Shown: positions 19,948 through 29,657 of the stretch, piece after piece
Position numbering within the stretch: the stretch's first letter is position 1
Layout of the letters: each line of letters starts with the position of its first letter
DNA from: Candidatus Poribacteria bacterium
Lineage (GTDB): Bacteria > Poribacteria > WGA-4E > WGA-3G
Length of the DNA stretch: 64,000 bases
Assembly: GCA_965197475.1 (NCBI GenBank)
Contig: CBDANF010000003.1
Location: forward strand, 4,000,001 to 4,064,000
Reading direction: 5' to 3'
Translations under genes and position numbers: made by a program
The notes under the pieces: model-generated
The model's input: only the letters and a program-made list of their open reading frames with translations
Database searches by the model: none
What the model was told of the DNA's origin: nothing

Positions 19948-20745
19948 TCAATACCCTAAATCCCGAAGGTATTCTCGATTCACCTTTGCAGCTTCAGCAA
20001 GCGGACGCGGTGGATACGGACGGTCAAGTTCAATCGAAACCCATCCATCATAGCCGACAGATTCAAGTCCTTCAAGAACTGCTTTGACATCAAGCCCAAG
20101 GTTTCCTGCACCCAGTTCAGCAAAACGCGCTTTCTCGCCAAAACGTTGCGTTCGGTAATCCCAAGTTTCCGGGTCATCCGCGTGACAGTCTTTGAGGTGG
20201 ACATGTCCAATTCGATTACGCAAAAGTTCGCTATCAAAAACTTTCATAGGGTCGCTCCCAGCTGCAAGCATGTGTCCTGTATCAAACAGCAGCCAGAGAC
20301 TCGGTGCTACAGCCAAGAGACGTTCTGCATCCTCAACCGTCTCAATCAATGTGCCGAGATGTGCATGATGGAAGCCTTTGATATGGTGTGCATAGCAAAA
20401 CGCGAGGATGTCATCTAATGTACGGGCGGCGTTCTCAAAATCCGCATCACTTGGATTCGCACCACCCCACGAGCTCCGACCTAACACTGGAACTTCGGCA
20501 GCATTATTACCAAGCGTGATATTAAATCTTATCCTGTCAAGTCCTGCACCGCCCGCGTTGACGATGTGCAGTCCTAAACTACGTGCAAGTGTTGCCATTT
20601 CAACAAGTCTGTCTGTTCCCTCAATAGGAACACTTTCAACCCCTTCCCAACCGGCATCTGCGACTTCTCGCAACACTTTTTCTGGATTTTCTTGCTGTTC
20701 ACCACCAAACTGTATGAGATGACATGCGAATCTCAATTTGCTCAT
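19948..20745 (-). CDS. Sugar phosphate isomerase/epimerase (IolE-like TIM barrel)
   Basis: HHAHLGT, FDTGH, HVHLKD, FAELGAG and GWVSIELD motifs. Confidence 0.88.
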   Translation of the reverse strand: MSKLRFACHLIQFGGEQQENPEKVLREVADAGWEGVESVPIEGTDRLVEMATLARSLGLHIVNAGGAGLDRIRFNITLGNNAAEVPVLGRSSWGGANPSDADFENAARTLDDILAFCYAHHIKGFHHAHLGTLIETVEDAERLLAVAPSLWLLFDTGHMLAAGSDPMKVFDSELLRNRIGHVHLKDCHADDPETWDYRTQRFGEKARFAELGAGNLGLDVKAVLEGLESVGYDGWVSIELDRPYPPRPLAEAAKVNREYLRDLGY

Positions 20746-20767
20746 CAATATGCCTCCTTATACTATC

Positions 20768-20887
20768 CTACCGAAAACGTAATTTTTCCCGACAACTTCC
20801 GCATACTTTCTCAATGTCGAAAGCGTAACATTTTCAGCTCGGTATCTCTCGCCTTACGTTTTCAATATACTGTTTTAAATCGCTCAT
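20768..20887 (-). pseudogene. Decayed XRE/HTH antitoxin remnant
   Basis: Across frameshifts it reads MSDLKQYIE(K)RKARDTE...RFSTLRKYAEVVGK(K)LRF: the N- and C-termini of HigA-like antitoxins with the HTH core deleted. Confidence 0.5.
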
Positions 20888-20969
20888 TGTGTTTTCCATC
20901 TACCGATGAGATCTATCTTTTTGTTACTTTGAGCTTCGCTCTGGCGCGAGAAATATTAAAATTGGACGC

Positions 20970-21698
20970 TTATCTCTCAGCCTTTTTTAGCATACCCCAA
21001 GTCGTCGCAGATTTGCCCAATGGTGATACACTTAAGACCTGATTCATATCCTGCTGAATCTCAGCTTCTGTCAGGGCACGGTTGTAGATGACAAATTCAT
21101 CAAGCATTCCCTTATAAGGCCATGCACCATCCAAGCGATTGCCAAACCAATGGTCTGCGTTAGAAGTAGGAATTTCACCCTCCAGTTTATGGGTCTGATC
21201 AAGCTTGCCGTTAATATAAAACCGAAGTTCCTTATTGAACTCGTAAACAGCAGCGACATGTGACCATTTATTGAGCGGAATACTGCTTTTTGCGCTGTTC
21301 CATGTTTTCCCACCAGCACCGCCGCTGCCAATCCATACTGAAGGTTTACCTTGATGGATACTCAGATAATACGTATGAGGATTCTCCTGCCCGCGCACAT
21401 TGCGAAAATCACCGACACTCTCTGGGTATACCCATACTTCCATAGTCAAACTCTTGGTAATCGCCAGGCTATTAGACGCTTTGACCGCGACAACCCCTTG
21501 CTGAACCTGTTCATTAAAAAACACCGCTGATTGGATCTTTCCATTTTGCATCCATTGGACATCACCTTCAAGCGTGCCATCATTTCCATTGCCACTCAGG
21601 TCTTCTACATCTTTTCCCTTTCCCTCATCAAACGAAAGATAAAGGACCATTGCGTCGTCCTTAATAGCATCGCTCACAAGGTGAAATGAAAAAATAAA
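20970..21698 (-). CDS. LamG (concanavalin A-like) domain protein, 5' end disrupted by IS1595
   Basis: LYLSFDEG..DLSGNGNDG, WSHVAAVY, YKGMLDEFVIYNRAL; tail VSPLGKSATTWGMLKK. The ORF runs into the IS TIR (in-frame GTG 21761). Confidence 0.85.
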   Translation of the reverse strand, partial: FIFSFHLVSDAIKDDAMVLYLSFDEGKGKDVEDLSGNGNDGTLEGDVQWMQNGKIQSAVFFNEQVQQGVVAVKASNSLAITKSLTMEVWVYPESVGDFRNVRGQENPHTYYLSIHQGKPSVWIGSGGAGGKTWNSAKSSIPLNKWSHVAAVYEFNKELRFYINGKLDQTHKLEGEIPTSNADHWFGNRLDGAWPYKGMLDEFVIYNRALTEAEIQQDMNQVLSVSPLGKSATTWGMLKKAER

Positions 21699-21917
21699 CG
21701 CAATGAGTAGTTTTGGACTTGAGAAAAATTTTAAAAAATCGCTATAAAGCCTTGTGTCCACTGGGTTTATATGGTATAATATAGATAAGAAAATAGGGGG
21801 TTGGTAGCCCCCTAAATGAACACAAAAAGCGAGTTGCTTTTTGACGGTTCTAATCTTATCTGGTATTATATCAGAAATCCGTCAGAAAAAGCAACTCCTA
21901 TTTCAAGGAGTTATCTG

Positions 21918-22799
21918 ATGGATTTGTTGAAGGTGATGGAGCGTTTTCCCGATCAAGAGAGTTGTATTTCGCATTTAGAGAAGATTCGGTGGCGAGGTAA
22001 ACCTGTGTGTCCGCATTGTGAAAGCGATCATATAGGAGAACGGACAGAAACAGAAATCGGTCGTATCGGTCGTTGGAACTGCCACGAGTGCCAAGTGAGT
22101 TTCAAGGTGACGTGCAGGTCGGTGTTTCACGGGACAAAGATAGCGTTACAGAAGTGGTTTTTGGCTATTTCGTTGATAACGAATGCGAAGAAAAGTTTGT
22201 CAAGTCATCAACTTGCGCGCGATTTAGACTTGAATCAAAAGACAGCATGGTATATCATGACTCGTATCCGTGCTGAAATGGCAAAGAAAGGTAACGTGCT
22301 ACTACAAGGCATCATAGAGGCAGATGAAACTTACATCGGGGGTAAACCTCGTAAGCCTAATAAGAAGGAAGACCACGTGCCTGCCAAGCGTGGACGTGGA
22401 ACAGAGAAAGACGCTATTATCGGGGCAGTACAGCGGGGCGGGAAAGTTGTAGCACAACTCGCTAAAGATTTGACAGGACGGACTATTTTAGACTTTATCC
22501 GAAGAGTCGTCAAAGTTGAGGATTCGGAGTTGATGACCGATGAGTATAAGGCGTATCTCGCTATCGGCAAGGAGATGAAACACCATATCATAGATCATCA
22601 AACGCAATTTGTTGAGGGTGATGTCCACACAAACACAATTGAGGGGTTTTGGAGTCTACTCAAACGAGCTTGGTATGGAAGTCATCACCACTACTGGACT
22701 AAATATACGCCCCTGTATGTAGCAGAGGCGTGCTATAAATACAACTATAGGAGCATTGACAGTATCTTTGATAAGTTTGTTAATGAAAGTATGCGATGA
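21918..22799 (+). CDS. IS1595-family transposase (Zn ribbon + DDE)
   Basis: CPHC...CHEC, IEADETYIGG, MTDEYKAY and HTNTIEGFWSLLKR motifs. ATG 21918 follows AGGAG. Confidence 0.95.
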   Translation: MDLLKVMERFPDQESCISHLEKIRWRGKPVCPHCESDHIGERTETEIGRIGRWNCHECQVSFKVTCRSVFHGTKIALQKWFLAISLITNAKKSLSSHQLARDLDLNQKTAWYIMTRIRAEMAKKGNVLLQGIIEADETYIGGKPRKPNKKEDHVPAKRGRGTEKDAIIGAVQRGGKVVAQLAKDLTGRTILDFIRRVVKVEDSELMTDEYKAYLAIGKEMKHHIIDHQTQFVEGDVHTNTIEGFWSLLKRAWYGSHHHYWTKYTPLYVAEACYKYNYRSIDSIFDKFVNESMR

Positions 22800-22808
22800 T
22801 GGACACAA

Positions 22809-23081
22809 CTAAAGGTATGCCTTATCAATCTTGTTCTTTTTGTCATCAGGATTTGAGGGAAAATGCTGTGGAAGTTCAAAAGTTGGCTTTCCATCTTTCA
22901 GAGCATCGATCATGTCAAGAGCAAATTCCAACCTCTCATTGTCCGTGTCAAAAGGTTTCTGAATCACTACGCGAAAATTTGTATCAAGTTTTACAAGGGC
23001 GAGTTCTACAAAACTCTCTGTATGTAAGGCTAAAAGTGAAAAATCAACAGGATCGGAAGGCGGCTTGAATATTACCCACAT
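22809..23081 (-). CDS. Hypothetical protein (IS cargo)
   Basis: 90-aa ORF with an AAGGAG RBS, convergent on the transposase. Confidence 0.6.
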   Translation of the reverse strand: MWVIFKPPSDPVDFSLLALHTESFVELALVKLDTNFRVVIQKPFDTDNERLEFALDMIDALKDGKPTFELPQHFPSNPDDKKNKIDKAYL

Positions 23082-23137
23082 GGGTTTAGTCTCCTTTGGG
23101 GTTAGAGGGGACAGAGTCCCCTCGTTGGTTGGAATTG

Positions 23138-23527
23138 CTAATACCCGTATGGAGAATCAGCAGCTGAAATTAAAATTATCCAAAGTCCCACCATAGTGCC
23201 AGTTCCAATAACACATCCTATTGTAGCATGTGTTATTTGGTCGTTTTTCACAAGTTTTTGATAAATGCTTGTGTAATAAGCAACATATTCTGGTGATTTT
23301 CCAAGCAATTTTTCTGGTAGTACCGTTGGTGTGACAACATACGCAATTAACATACCGGTAACACCAAGTAGACAACCAACAGTTCCCCATATTTGAGTGT
23401 TTGCAAGTGTTGCATCACGTCGTGCATCAAATATTGCTTGCGCAGCATCACTTGTTTGTTGTGCAAGTGTGAGATATGGCGTAGTGAATAACATCACAAC
23501 CATTATAAACGACAAAGTTTTCATCAA
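23138..23527 (-). CDS. Hypothetical membrane protein with signal peptide (IS cargo)
   Basis: Signal-like N-terminus and two Gly/Cys-rich hydrophobic helices; AAGGAA RBS. Confidence 0.7.
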   Translation of the reverse strand: MMKTLSFIMVVMLFTTPYLTLAQQTSDAAQAIFDARRDATLANTQIWGTVGCLLGVTGMLIAYVVTPTVLPEKLLGKSPEYVAYYTSIYQKLVKNDQITHATIGCVIGTGTMVGLWIILISAADSPYGY

Positions 23528-23594
23528 TGTTCCTTTTGTGAGGTAAAATGTGTATGTAGGGGATCAAAAGACCCCCTACATGTTTGCAAGCGGA

Positions 23595-23726
23595 TTATTT
23601 ACACCGCTTGTGAGGTTTGACAGTTTCTTTCACCGTTGTGGCGGGACGGCGTTTGTCCGTGCCTTTGGGAAGGAACCGTCCATCTTTGGCATCGCGTACA
23701 CGCGTGCCAGTGGCTTTTTTAGCCAT
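23595..23726 (-). CDS. Small basic protein, 43 aa (IS cargo)
   Basis: MAKKATGTRVRDAKDGRFLPKGTDKRRPATTVKETVK..., GAGG RBS, followed by hairpin ATGTAGGGG..CCCCTACAT (23555-23581). Confidence 0.65.
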   Translation of the reverse strand: MAKKATGTRVRDAKDGRFLPKGTDKRRPATTVKETVKPHKRCK

Positions 23727-23744
23727 AGTATACCTCACTTTGCT

Positions 23745-23912
23745 TGAGATAAATTGGTGCATAGCGTATTTCCAGTGCGTTATGCACTGTTCAAGCATAT
23801 AAAATTGATACGTTAAACGGGTATCGTTCGTAGGTTCGTTTACACCTTTCTATGGGTGAGGGCAGGACACAACACAAGGAGTGTTGCGATAGAAATCCTG
23901 CCCAACGAACTT
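23745..23912 (-). ncRNA. Candidate structured leader/sRNA inside IS1595
   Basis: Nested helices GTTCGTT/AACGAAC, GGGCAGGA/TCCTGCCC, CAACAC/GTGTTG and CACC/GGTG, then GCTTGA/TCAAGC + GTGCATA/TATGCAC. Lies just downstream of TTGACA-18-TATACT. Confidence 0.5.
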
Positions 23913-24088
23913 GAGAATAGTATAACATGGAAAGAATTTGAGTGTCAAGTGAAAAATTTGAGAAAAAATTTCAAGTCCAAAACTACTCATTGCGTATTTT
24001 TATAATTCACCATAGTAGGTGGTATAGCACATTAAATTATACAATTTCTATAACCTGAATTTCCAAAAAATGTTGTAGTTGTCCTGAA

Positions 24089-26521
24089 TTAAAATTCAAT
24101 CGTCAAGCCGAAATAGGGTAGCCGCGGAAGTTGATCAGTTTCTCCAATTTCATTCTCTTCAATTGTGAATTCCTCACCTTGTATCTCAAATGTTCCCGCT
24201 TCCTGAATAAACGTGATTTTATTTTTACGGTTGTATACATTTAGTATCTCAATGAAACCACCTATCTTCATTCCCATAAAGTCCCATTTTTTGCTAATCC
24301 TGAAATCTAATTTGTGATACGGTGCTAGTTTCGCACTCAAAGCTCGATCGAAACCTGCAAAGAGTGGGTTTAACCCGCGCGTCACTGGGTCTTGAATCAG
24401 TATAAATGTACTGATAGGTGCCTCAGATGTTCCGCTTAGATATTGCCACTTCGCGCCGATTTCGAAATCAAGACTGAAGTTATAGTTTGCCACAATGCTA
24501 ACGATGTGTGTATTATCAAAAAGATAAGGTTGATATGCAATGTCAGGATTTTCGCGCCGTTCTGCGTGCGTGTATGCATAAGATATCCACCCGAAGAACT
24601 TATCAGGAACACGATGGCGCAAGAACGTCTCTACACCGCCAACATACGAAGCACCATGATTGAGGAAATTTGACACCTCATCCTCGGTAATCAATTTCTG
24701 CATGTCTTTGTAATATGTAGCAAACTTCAATTCTGTTTGAGATGAGAGTTCATGTTCTATCTCCATGATATAGTGGCGCGCAAGACTGGATTTTAACGTT
24801 GTGTTCCCATTCTCTGATAATAGCTGAGAGAGTTGTGGACTCTGTTCATAATGTCCGTAAGCGAATCGAAGGTTAGAACCGATTGGAAGTGTGATACTTA
24901 CGCTCCCGCGTGGTTGAATGGAAACCTGCTCTATCAAATCAAGATAATCAAGCCGAACACCGAGCGCGACTGAAAGTGCAGGCAGAGGGTCGTATCGTGT
25001 TTGTAGATAGCCTTCAGCACGTTGTAAATCGTGTCCGAATTCATAGTCTCTTATATCAGTCGTGCGTACCCGCGCATTTCCATCATCGTCAAACTCTACC
25101 TTCTCTGGATCTGTTCGCAATAATTCTTGTAGTCTCTCTTCATCTGGAACTTCATCTTCAAATGCGGGAAAACTTGCATGTTCAGTACTATTTGCAGGAC
25201 TAAAAGCAAAGAGAAATCCCGGTTCAAGATGAAGTGTAGGTGTAAACCTATAAGACAGGTCTTCGCGGAGTGTATAGACAGGGACATTAACCTTTAATAG
25301 GTATTCAGCGGATTCTGTGGATCTTGAGATCAGCTCACCGTTTTCATCTCTATAGGTAGTTTCTGAGATGGTCGCATTAAAGTCTATATCGAGAAAGTTA
25401 AGTGATCGGGTAAGCGATAAATGTGAAGTGAGATTATCGGTGAAGTTTGAACGGAGATGGAATCCTTGCCCGTTGAATCCGTTTTTGAAAAAGGCAGAAG
25501 AAGTGAATGGCTGTGATTCCATTTCATCATCTCCTATCTGTAATTCCGCACTTGTTTCTTCAGATTCAAAATGAAAATGGTCTGTTGCCGCAAATGCATT
25601 AACTGTGAGATGATGTTTTTCAGTAAGCGGATAGGCAAACTTTAACTGATAATCAGAAAAATAGGGAAACTGCTGTTCTGATCCACTCTGCCTTTCAGCA
25701 ATAGGTCCAATGATAAGATCTAAGTAACTTCGTCGTCCGGAGACAGATAGATATCCCTTATCGCCGATTTTTCCTTCCAGTAACCCTTCAGAATACCAAA
25801 TATTGAGGTTGAATTTCCCATCAAACTTGTCATCAATACTGTCGCGTGCATGGATGTCAATCACGGATTGCGAATCTAAACCAAATTGCGCTCCGTATCC
25901 ACCTGCATAAATGTCAATTGTATCAATCGTTTCTGAACTGATGGTTGAAAGCAAACCGCCCCAATGGAACGGGTATCCGAGAGGTGTTCTGTCAAGATAG
26001 TAGAGATTAGATCCAGGTTCACTACCACGGATATAAAGCACACCAAAAAAATCGTTTGGAATGCCGATACTTGGGAGTGTTGTCAACCCCTTTAGTGCAT
26101 CGGTGCCTGCACCAGCGATCCGTAGAAGTTCGCTGCCGCGGATATCCTTACGGCTCACCGTTGGTGGAACGCGCTCCCCTTCAACGACGACTGTTTCTAA
26201 CTCAAATACTTCACCGAGGGACATTTTTGCTTGCGTGGTATGCCCTGCGGTTACCTCAACGGAGGTTCTTGTAGGCGTGGTAAAAGAGGGATGTGTGATT
26301 GTGAGGGTGTATGTGCCGGGCGCAACACCTGTGAACCAGACTTTTCCGTCTGTATCACTCTTTTGGCGTTCATCCGTTTCAAGGATGTGGACTTCTGCAC
26401 CTGCAAGTGGTTTTCCTGTATCTTTATTATAGACGGTGCCTTCAATAGTGCCTGTTTGTGCAAAAAGCGGCAAAGATGTGATAGTCAACAAAAATAGAAT
26501 TAGAAGAAAAAAATTTTTCAT
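24089..26521 (-). CDS. TonB-dependent receptor with N-terminal carboxypeptidase-regulatory-like domain
   Basis: Signal peptide, GTIEGTV..GKPLAGA, plug LYIRGS...IDIYAGG, barrel ending YFGLTIEF. Confidence 0.92.
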   Translation of the reverse strand: MKNFFLLILFLLTITSLPLFAQTGTIEGTVYNKDTGKPLAGAEVHILETDERQKSDTDGKVWFTGVAPGTYTLTITHPSFTTPTRTSVEVTAGHTTQAKMSLGEVFELETVVVEGERVPPTVSRKDIRGSELLRIAGAGTDALKGLTTLPSIGIPNDFFGVLYIRGSEPGSNLYYLDRTPLGYPFHWGGLLSTISSETIDTIDIYAGGYGAQFGLDSQSVIDIHARDSIDDKFDGKFNLNIWYSEGLLEGKIGDKGYLSVSGRRSYLDLIIGPIAERQSGSEQQFPYFSDYQLKFAYPLTEKHHLTVNAFAATDHFHFESEETSAELQIGDDEMESQPFTSSAFFKNGFNGQGFHLRSNFTDNLTSHLSLTRSLNFLDIDFNATISETTYRDENGELISRSTESAEYLLKVNVPVYTLREDLSYRFTPTLHLEPGFLFAFSPANSTEHASFPAFEDEVPDEERLQELLRTDPEKVEFDDDGNARVRTTDIRDYEFGHDLQRAEGYLQTRYDPLPALSVALGVRLDYLDLIEQVSIQPRGSVSITLPIGSNLRFAYGHYEQSPQLSQLLSENGNTTLKSSLARHYIMEIEHELSSQTELKFATYYKDMQKLITEDEVSNFLNHGASYVGGVETFLRHRVPDKFFGWISYAYTHAERRENPDIAYQPYLFDNTHIVSIVANYNFSLDFEIGAKWQYLSGTSEAPISTFILIQDPVTRGLNPLFAGFDRALSAKLAPYHKLDFRISKKWDFMGMKIGGFIEILNVYNRKNKITFIQEAGTFEIQGEEFTIEENEIGETDQLPRLPYFGLTIEF

Positions 26522-27144
26522 TATAGCGCGATGACTCCTGTTCTGGTGTGTTATGCACTATAAGACGTATAATTTAGATTTTTGTTGACTTTAAATTGGA
26601 TTTTCTGGAATGGGAAAGAATAGTTATACAGATGTGAACACTTCGTTGGTTCAGTTATTTTTGGCATGTATAAATAACTGACTGATATTTCTTACAATCG
26701 TCTGGTCCCTAATGATAATCACTTCAAAAAGGGTATAACATCATGAAAATGCGTTTTGACTTTATAAATTTACTTGATTTTTATCGCATGATCTATCATC
26801 CTAAATAGATATTGAAATCTGTAGAGATTTGATAAATACCAGATAAATTGCAAACTAAGCTGCACGCTCAATCGACCAATGGCGATCTGTGCTTGAACAA
26901 CAACAACACCCGGCATGTCCATCTGTGTCAACATCTGATTGACTTCGGCAAGTGTGAAGATCGAAACTGTGGAAGGACTAATGCCACACCCTTACAATAA
27001 GATAGGTGCGCAAACTTTACTACAACCTTACATCCTACGTGCGTATTTCCTTGCAATTATTTCTATATTAGGGTATCTTGTGGGTTACAAAATGTAAATT
27101 ACACAATAATTTACAACCGATTTTTATACCCTTCGGAGACTCAC

Positions 27145-28374
27145 ATGTCCAACCAGTTAGCGATTTCTGGCGGTACGCCTGTACGAAACACACAAACCCA
27201 CCCGTGGTCTTCCTGGCCGATACGGACATCTGATGAATGGGAATTGCAGATTGAGCCGTTGCTTCGTGATGTCTATATGAGTGGTAACGAAGGATTAGGT
27301 GGCACAATGATACCACGTTTTTGTGAGCAATATGCTGTATATTCTGGCACAAATTACGCCCTCTTTATGCCACACGGGACAGATTCTATCAGTGCAGCGT
27401 TAGCTGGTGCGCTTGACCTTGATGGGTTCAGCGATGGCGGAGAAGTCATCGTTCCAAACTATACGTTTGTAGCGACAGCAAGTGCTGTTTTGGAACGTAG
27501 ATGTACCGTCGCGTTTGTGGATATTTGCCCTAATACGTTTACGATTGATCCCGAAGCGGTAGCGGCTGCGATTCGATCAGAAACTTGTGCAATTCTCCCT
27601 GTCCACCTTGGTGGGCATCCTGCAGATATGGGAGCGTTACAAGAAATTGCCAAACATCATAAGCTTAAAATTATTGAAGATTGCGCGCAGGCACACGGTG
27701 CAGAATACCAAACAGAAAAGGTCGGCAGTCTCGGTGATGTGGGTGCATTTAGTTTTCAATCGTCGAAAAATCTTACTTCTGGTGAAGGTGGCATGGTTAC
27801 GACAGACGACAAAGATATCCACGACCGTGTTTGTGCCTTCATGAATGTGGGACGTGCGCCCGGCGGTGCAAGATGGGAATACCCGCGACTCGGATGGAAC
27901 TACCGTCCATCTGAATATCTCGCAGCAATCTTACTAGTGCGCTTAGAACTCCTTGAGGCGCAAACCGACCTTCGCAATCGAAATGCAACGTATCTCTCAA
28001 ATTCGTTGAAAATGATTTCTGGTATCACACCACCAAAACTTGCAGCCTGGGTTACAAAACATGGGTACCACCTTTACTGTATGAAGTATGATTCCGAAGG
28101 CTTCGGCGGAAAATCGAGACAGGAATTCGTCAATGCCCTATCTGCAGAAGGGATACCGTGTTCAATCGGTTACCGTTCTCCTTTATCTCAGGAACTGGGA
28201 ATGGCACACGTCGCTGATAAATACCCACACCTTATAAGGTCATTACCATGTCCAAATGCAGAATTAGTTTGTGATCAGAGTGTGTGGCTTTTCCAAAATC
28301 TTCTCCTTGGATCAGAATCAGACATGGATCAGATTGTGGAGGCTATCACCAAAATTAGTATGGCGTGGAACTAA
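27145..28374 (+). CDS. DegT/DnrJ/EryC1/StrS family PLP aminotransferase
   Basis: TFVATA, PVHLGG, IIEDCAQAHGA, FSFQSSKNLTSGEGG and GWNYR motifs. Confidence 0.95.
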   Translation: MSNQLAISGGTPVRNTQTHPWSSWPIRTSDEWELQIEPLLRDVYMSGNEGLGGTMIPRFCEQYAVYSGTNYALFMPHGTDSISAALAGALDLDGFSDGGEVIVPNYTFVATASAVLERRCTVAFVDICPNTFTIDPEAVAAAIRSETCAILPVHLGGHPADMGALQEIAKHHKLKIIEDCAQAHGAEYQTEKVGSLGDVGAFSFQSSKNLTSGEGGMVTTDDKDIHDRVCAFMNVGRAPGGARWEYPRLGWNYRPSEYLAAILLVRLELLEAQTDLRNRNATYLSNSLKMISGITPPKLAAWVTKHGYHLYCMKYDSEGFGGKSRQEFVNALSAEGIPCSIGYRSPLSQELGMAHVADKYPHLIRSLPCPNAELVCDQSVWLFQNLLLGSESDMDQIVEAITKISMAWN

Positions 28375-28383
28375 TCTTCAATT

Positions 28384-28463
28384 TATAGTAAATTCCGAAA
28401 ATATGTGAACACTCCATTGTAGGCACGGTTTCAAACCACGCCTACCGCAGTGTGTAAATATAG
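28384..28463. repeat. REP/MITE-like element
   Basis: TATAGTAAA end plus palindrome GTAGGCACGGTTTCAAACCACGCCTAC, then CGCAGTGT (shared with 60922). Confidence 0.65.
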
Positions 28464-28540
28464 AATAAATTGACATTAGATTCAAAATTTGCTATGCTCT
28501 TTATCTTATGATACCAAATCAACTTGATTAAACATCTTCT

Positions 28541-28689
28541 GATACAAAGTTGGATAGCGACATGCCTCACTTAGTACGGACTGCTATGACTACTGTGCAC
28601 TTCATCTTTTACAGCAACTGCGGTTATAATGTTGTTGATTCGACATACGACTACGTCAAAGACATCTCTGAAACACAACCCCCGAGTAG
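28541..28689 (+). pseudogene. 3' remnant of a GNAT paralogue
   Basis: KVG*RHASLSTDCYD...FYSNCGYNVVDSTYDYVKD closely matches the 3' ends of the two downstream GNAT genes. Confidence 0.8.
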
Positions 28690-28733
28690 TAATACTAACC
28701 GTTCCTACTGCCCGTAAAAAAACAGACAAATAG

Positions 28734-29657
28734 ATGAAAATTGTCCAATATACGCCTGATATTCTTACACCTCTAACTCAATTTTACAATCGCTTAACCG
28801 CCGATGTGCCGCATTGCTACCCCGTAAAAGGGGAGGAATTCGCTACTGCGATGCGTGGAGTTACTATTTGTAAAGACAATAAAAAGCAGAGGGAACATGA
28901 GTCTGAAACAGCTTTCGTGACGATAGCTGATGGTACTGTGGAAGCGTTTATTCACGTTTGTCTAAGTCCGATTGAAGAAAACGGAGAAGAGAATATAGGT
29001 ATTATTCGGTTCTTAGGTTACGAACGCGGTGCGCGGCATGCTGGACAAGCCGTACTTGAAAAGGCGGAGACCTATCTGAAAACGTTTAACGTAACCAGAA
29101 TTTTCGCTTTCCGATCTGGTTTTGAATATCGTTTTTATCATCTTGAACACGCTAATCTATCGGATGCCCTTGATCAAGTTCATGCCCTCCTTGGATTCAA
29201 CGGATACCACCGTCTTCAGCGTTGGATCTTTTTAGACTGGGAAAACTACAATGTTAAACCGATACCATCACCTATACCGATAAAACTTTCTGTTGACTGG
29301 GTACAAGGACGTGGACAACGTCCAGACTGCATCGTAAAAGTCTACCGAGAGAATGAACAGATTGGTGAATGTTGTTCTGTCTCTGGCGGTGAGTTTTCAT
29401 CCCATCCTGATGCACAAAATTGGCTTCATACTATTTGGATCGAAATTGAAAATAAATATCAAGGGAAAGGTTTAGGTCGATATCTGCTTAACTACACGCT
29501 TCAAGAGATGCATAAGGTCGGATATCGGCACGCACAAATTAGCACGAGTTGGGATAATTATCGCGCCCTTCTCTTTTATAGCAACTGCGGTTATCGTGTT
29601 GTTGATAGGACTTATGAGTATGAAAAAGTCCTATTTGAAACTCCAACGCACGTGTAG
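28734..29657 (+). CDS. GNAT family N-acetyltransferase (two-domain)
   Basis: Motif A YQGKGLGRYLL and NYRALLFYSNCGY. Confidence 0.9.
   Translation: MKIVQYTPDILTPLTQFYNRLTADVPHCYPVKGEEFATAMRGVTICKDNKKQREHESETAFVTIADGTVEAFIHVCLSPIEENGEENIGIIRFLGYERGARHAGQAVLEKAETYLKTFNVTRIFAFRSGFEYRFYHLEHANLSDALDQVHALLGFNGYHRLQRWIFLDWENYNVKPIPSPIPIKLSVDWVQGRGQRPDCIVKVYRENEQIGECCSVSGGEFSSHPDAQNWLHTIWIEIENKYQGKGLGRYLLNYTLQEMHKVGYRHAQISTSWDNYRALLFYSNCGYRVVDRTYEYEKVLFETPTHV

Larger units (their letters stand above)
21699..23994 (+). mobile_element. IS1595-family element with passenger genes (transporter IS)
   Basis: Perfect 24-bp TIR CGCAATGAGTAGTTTTGGACTTGA (21699-21722 / 23971-23994). Contains a transposase plus three minus-strand ORFs. 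No TSD. Confidence 0.92.

Noticed and set aside
22796-23068. Plus-strand 90-aa ORF overlapping the transposase stop
   Set aside because: Antisense to 22809-23081, which has a clear RBS and fits the cargo operon.
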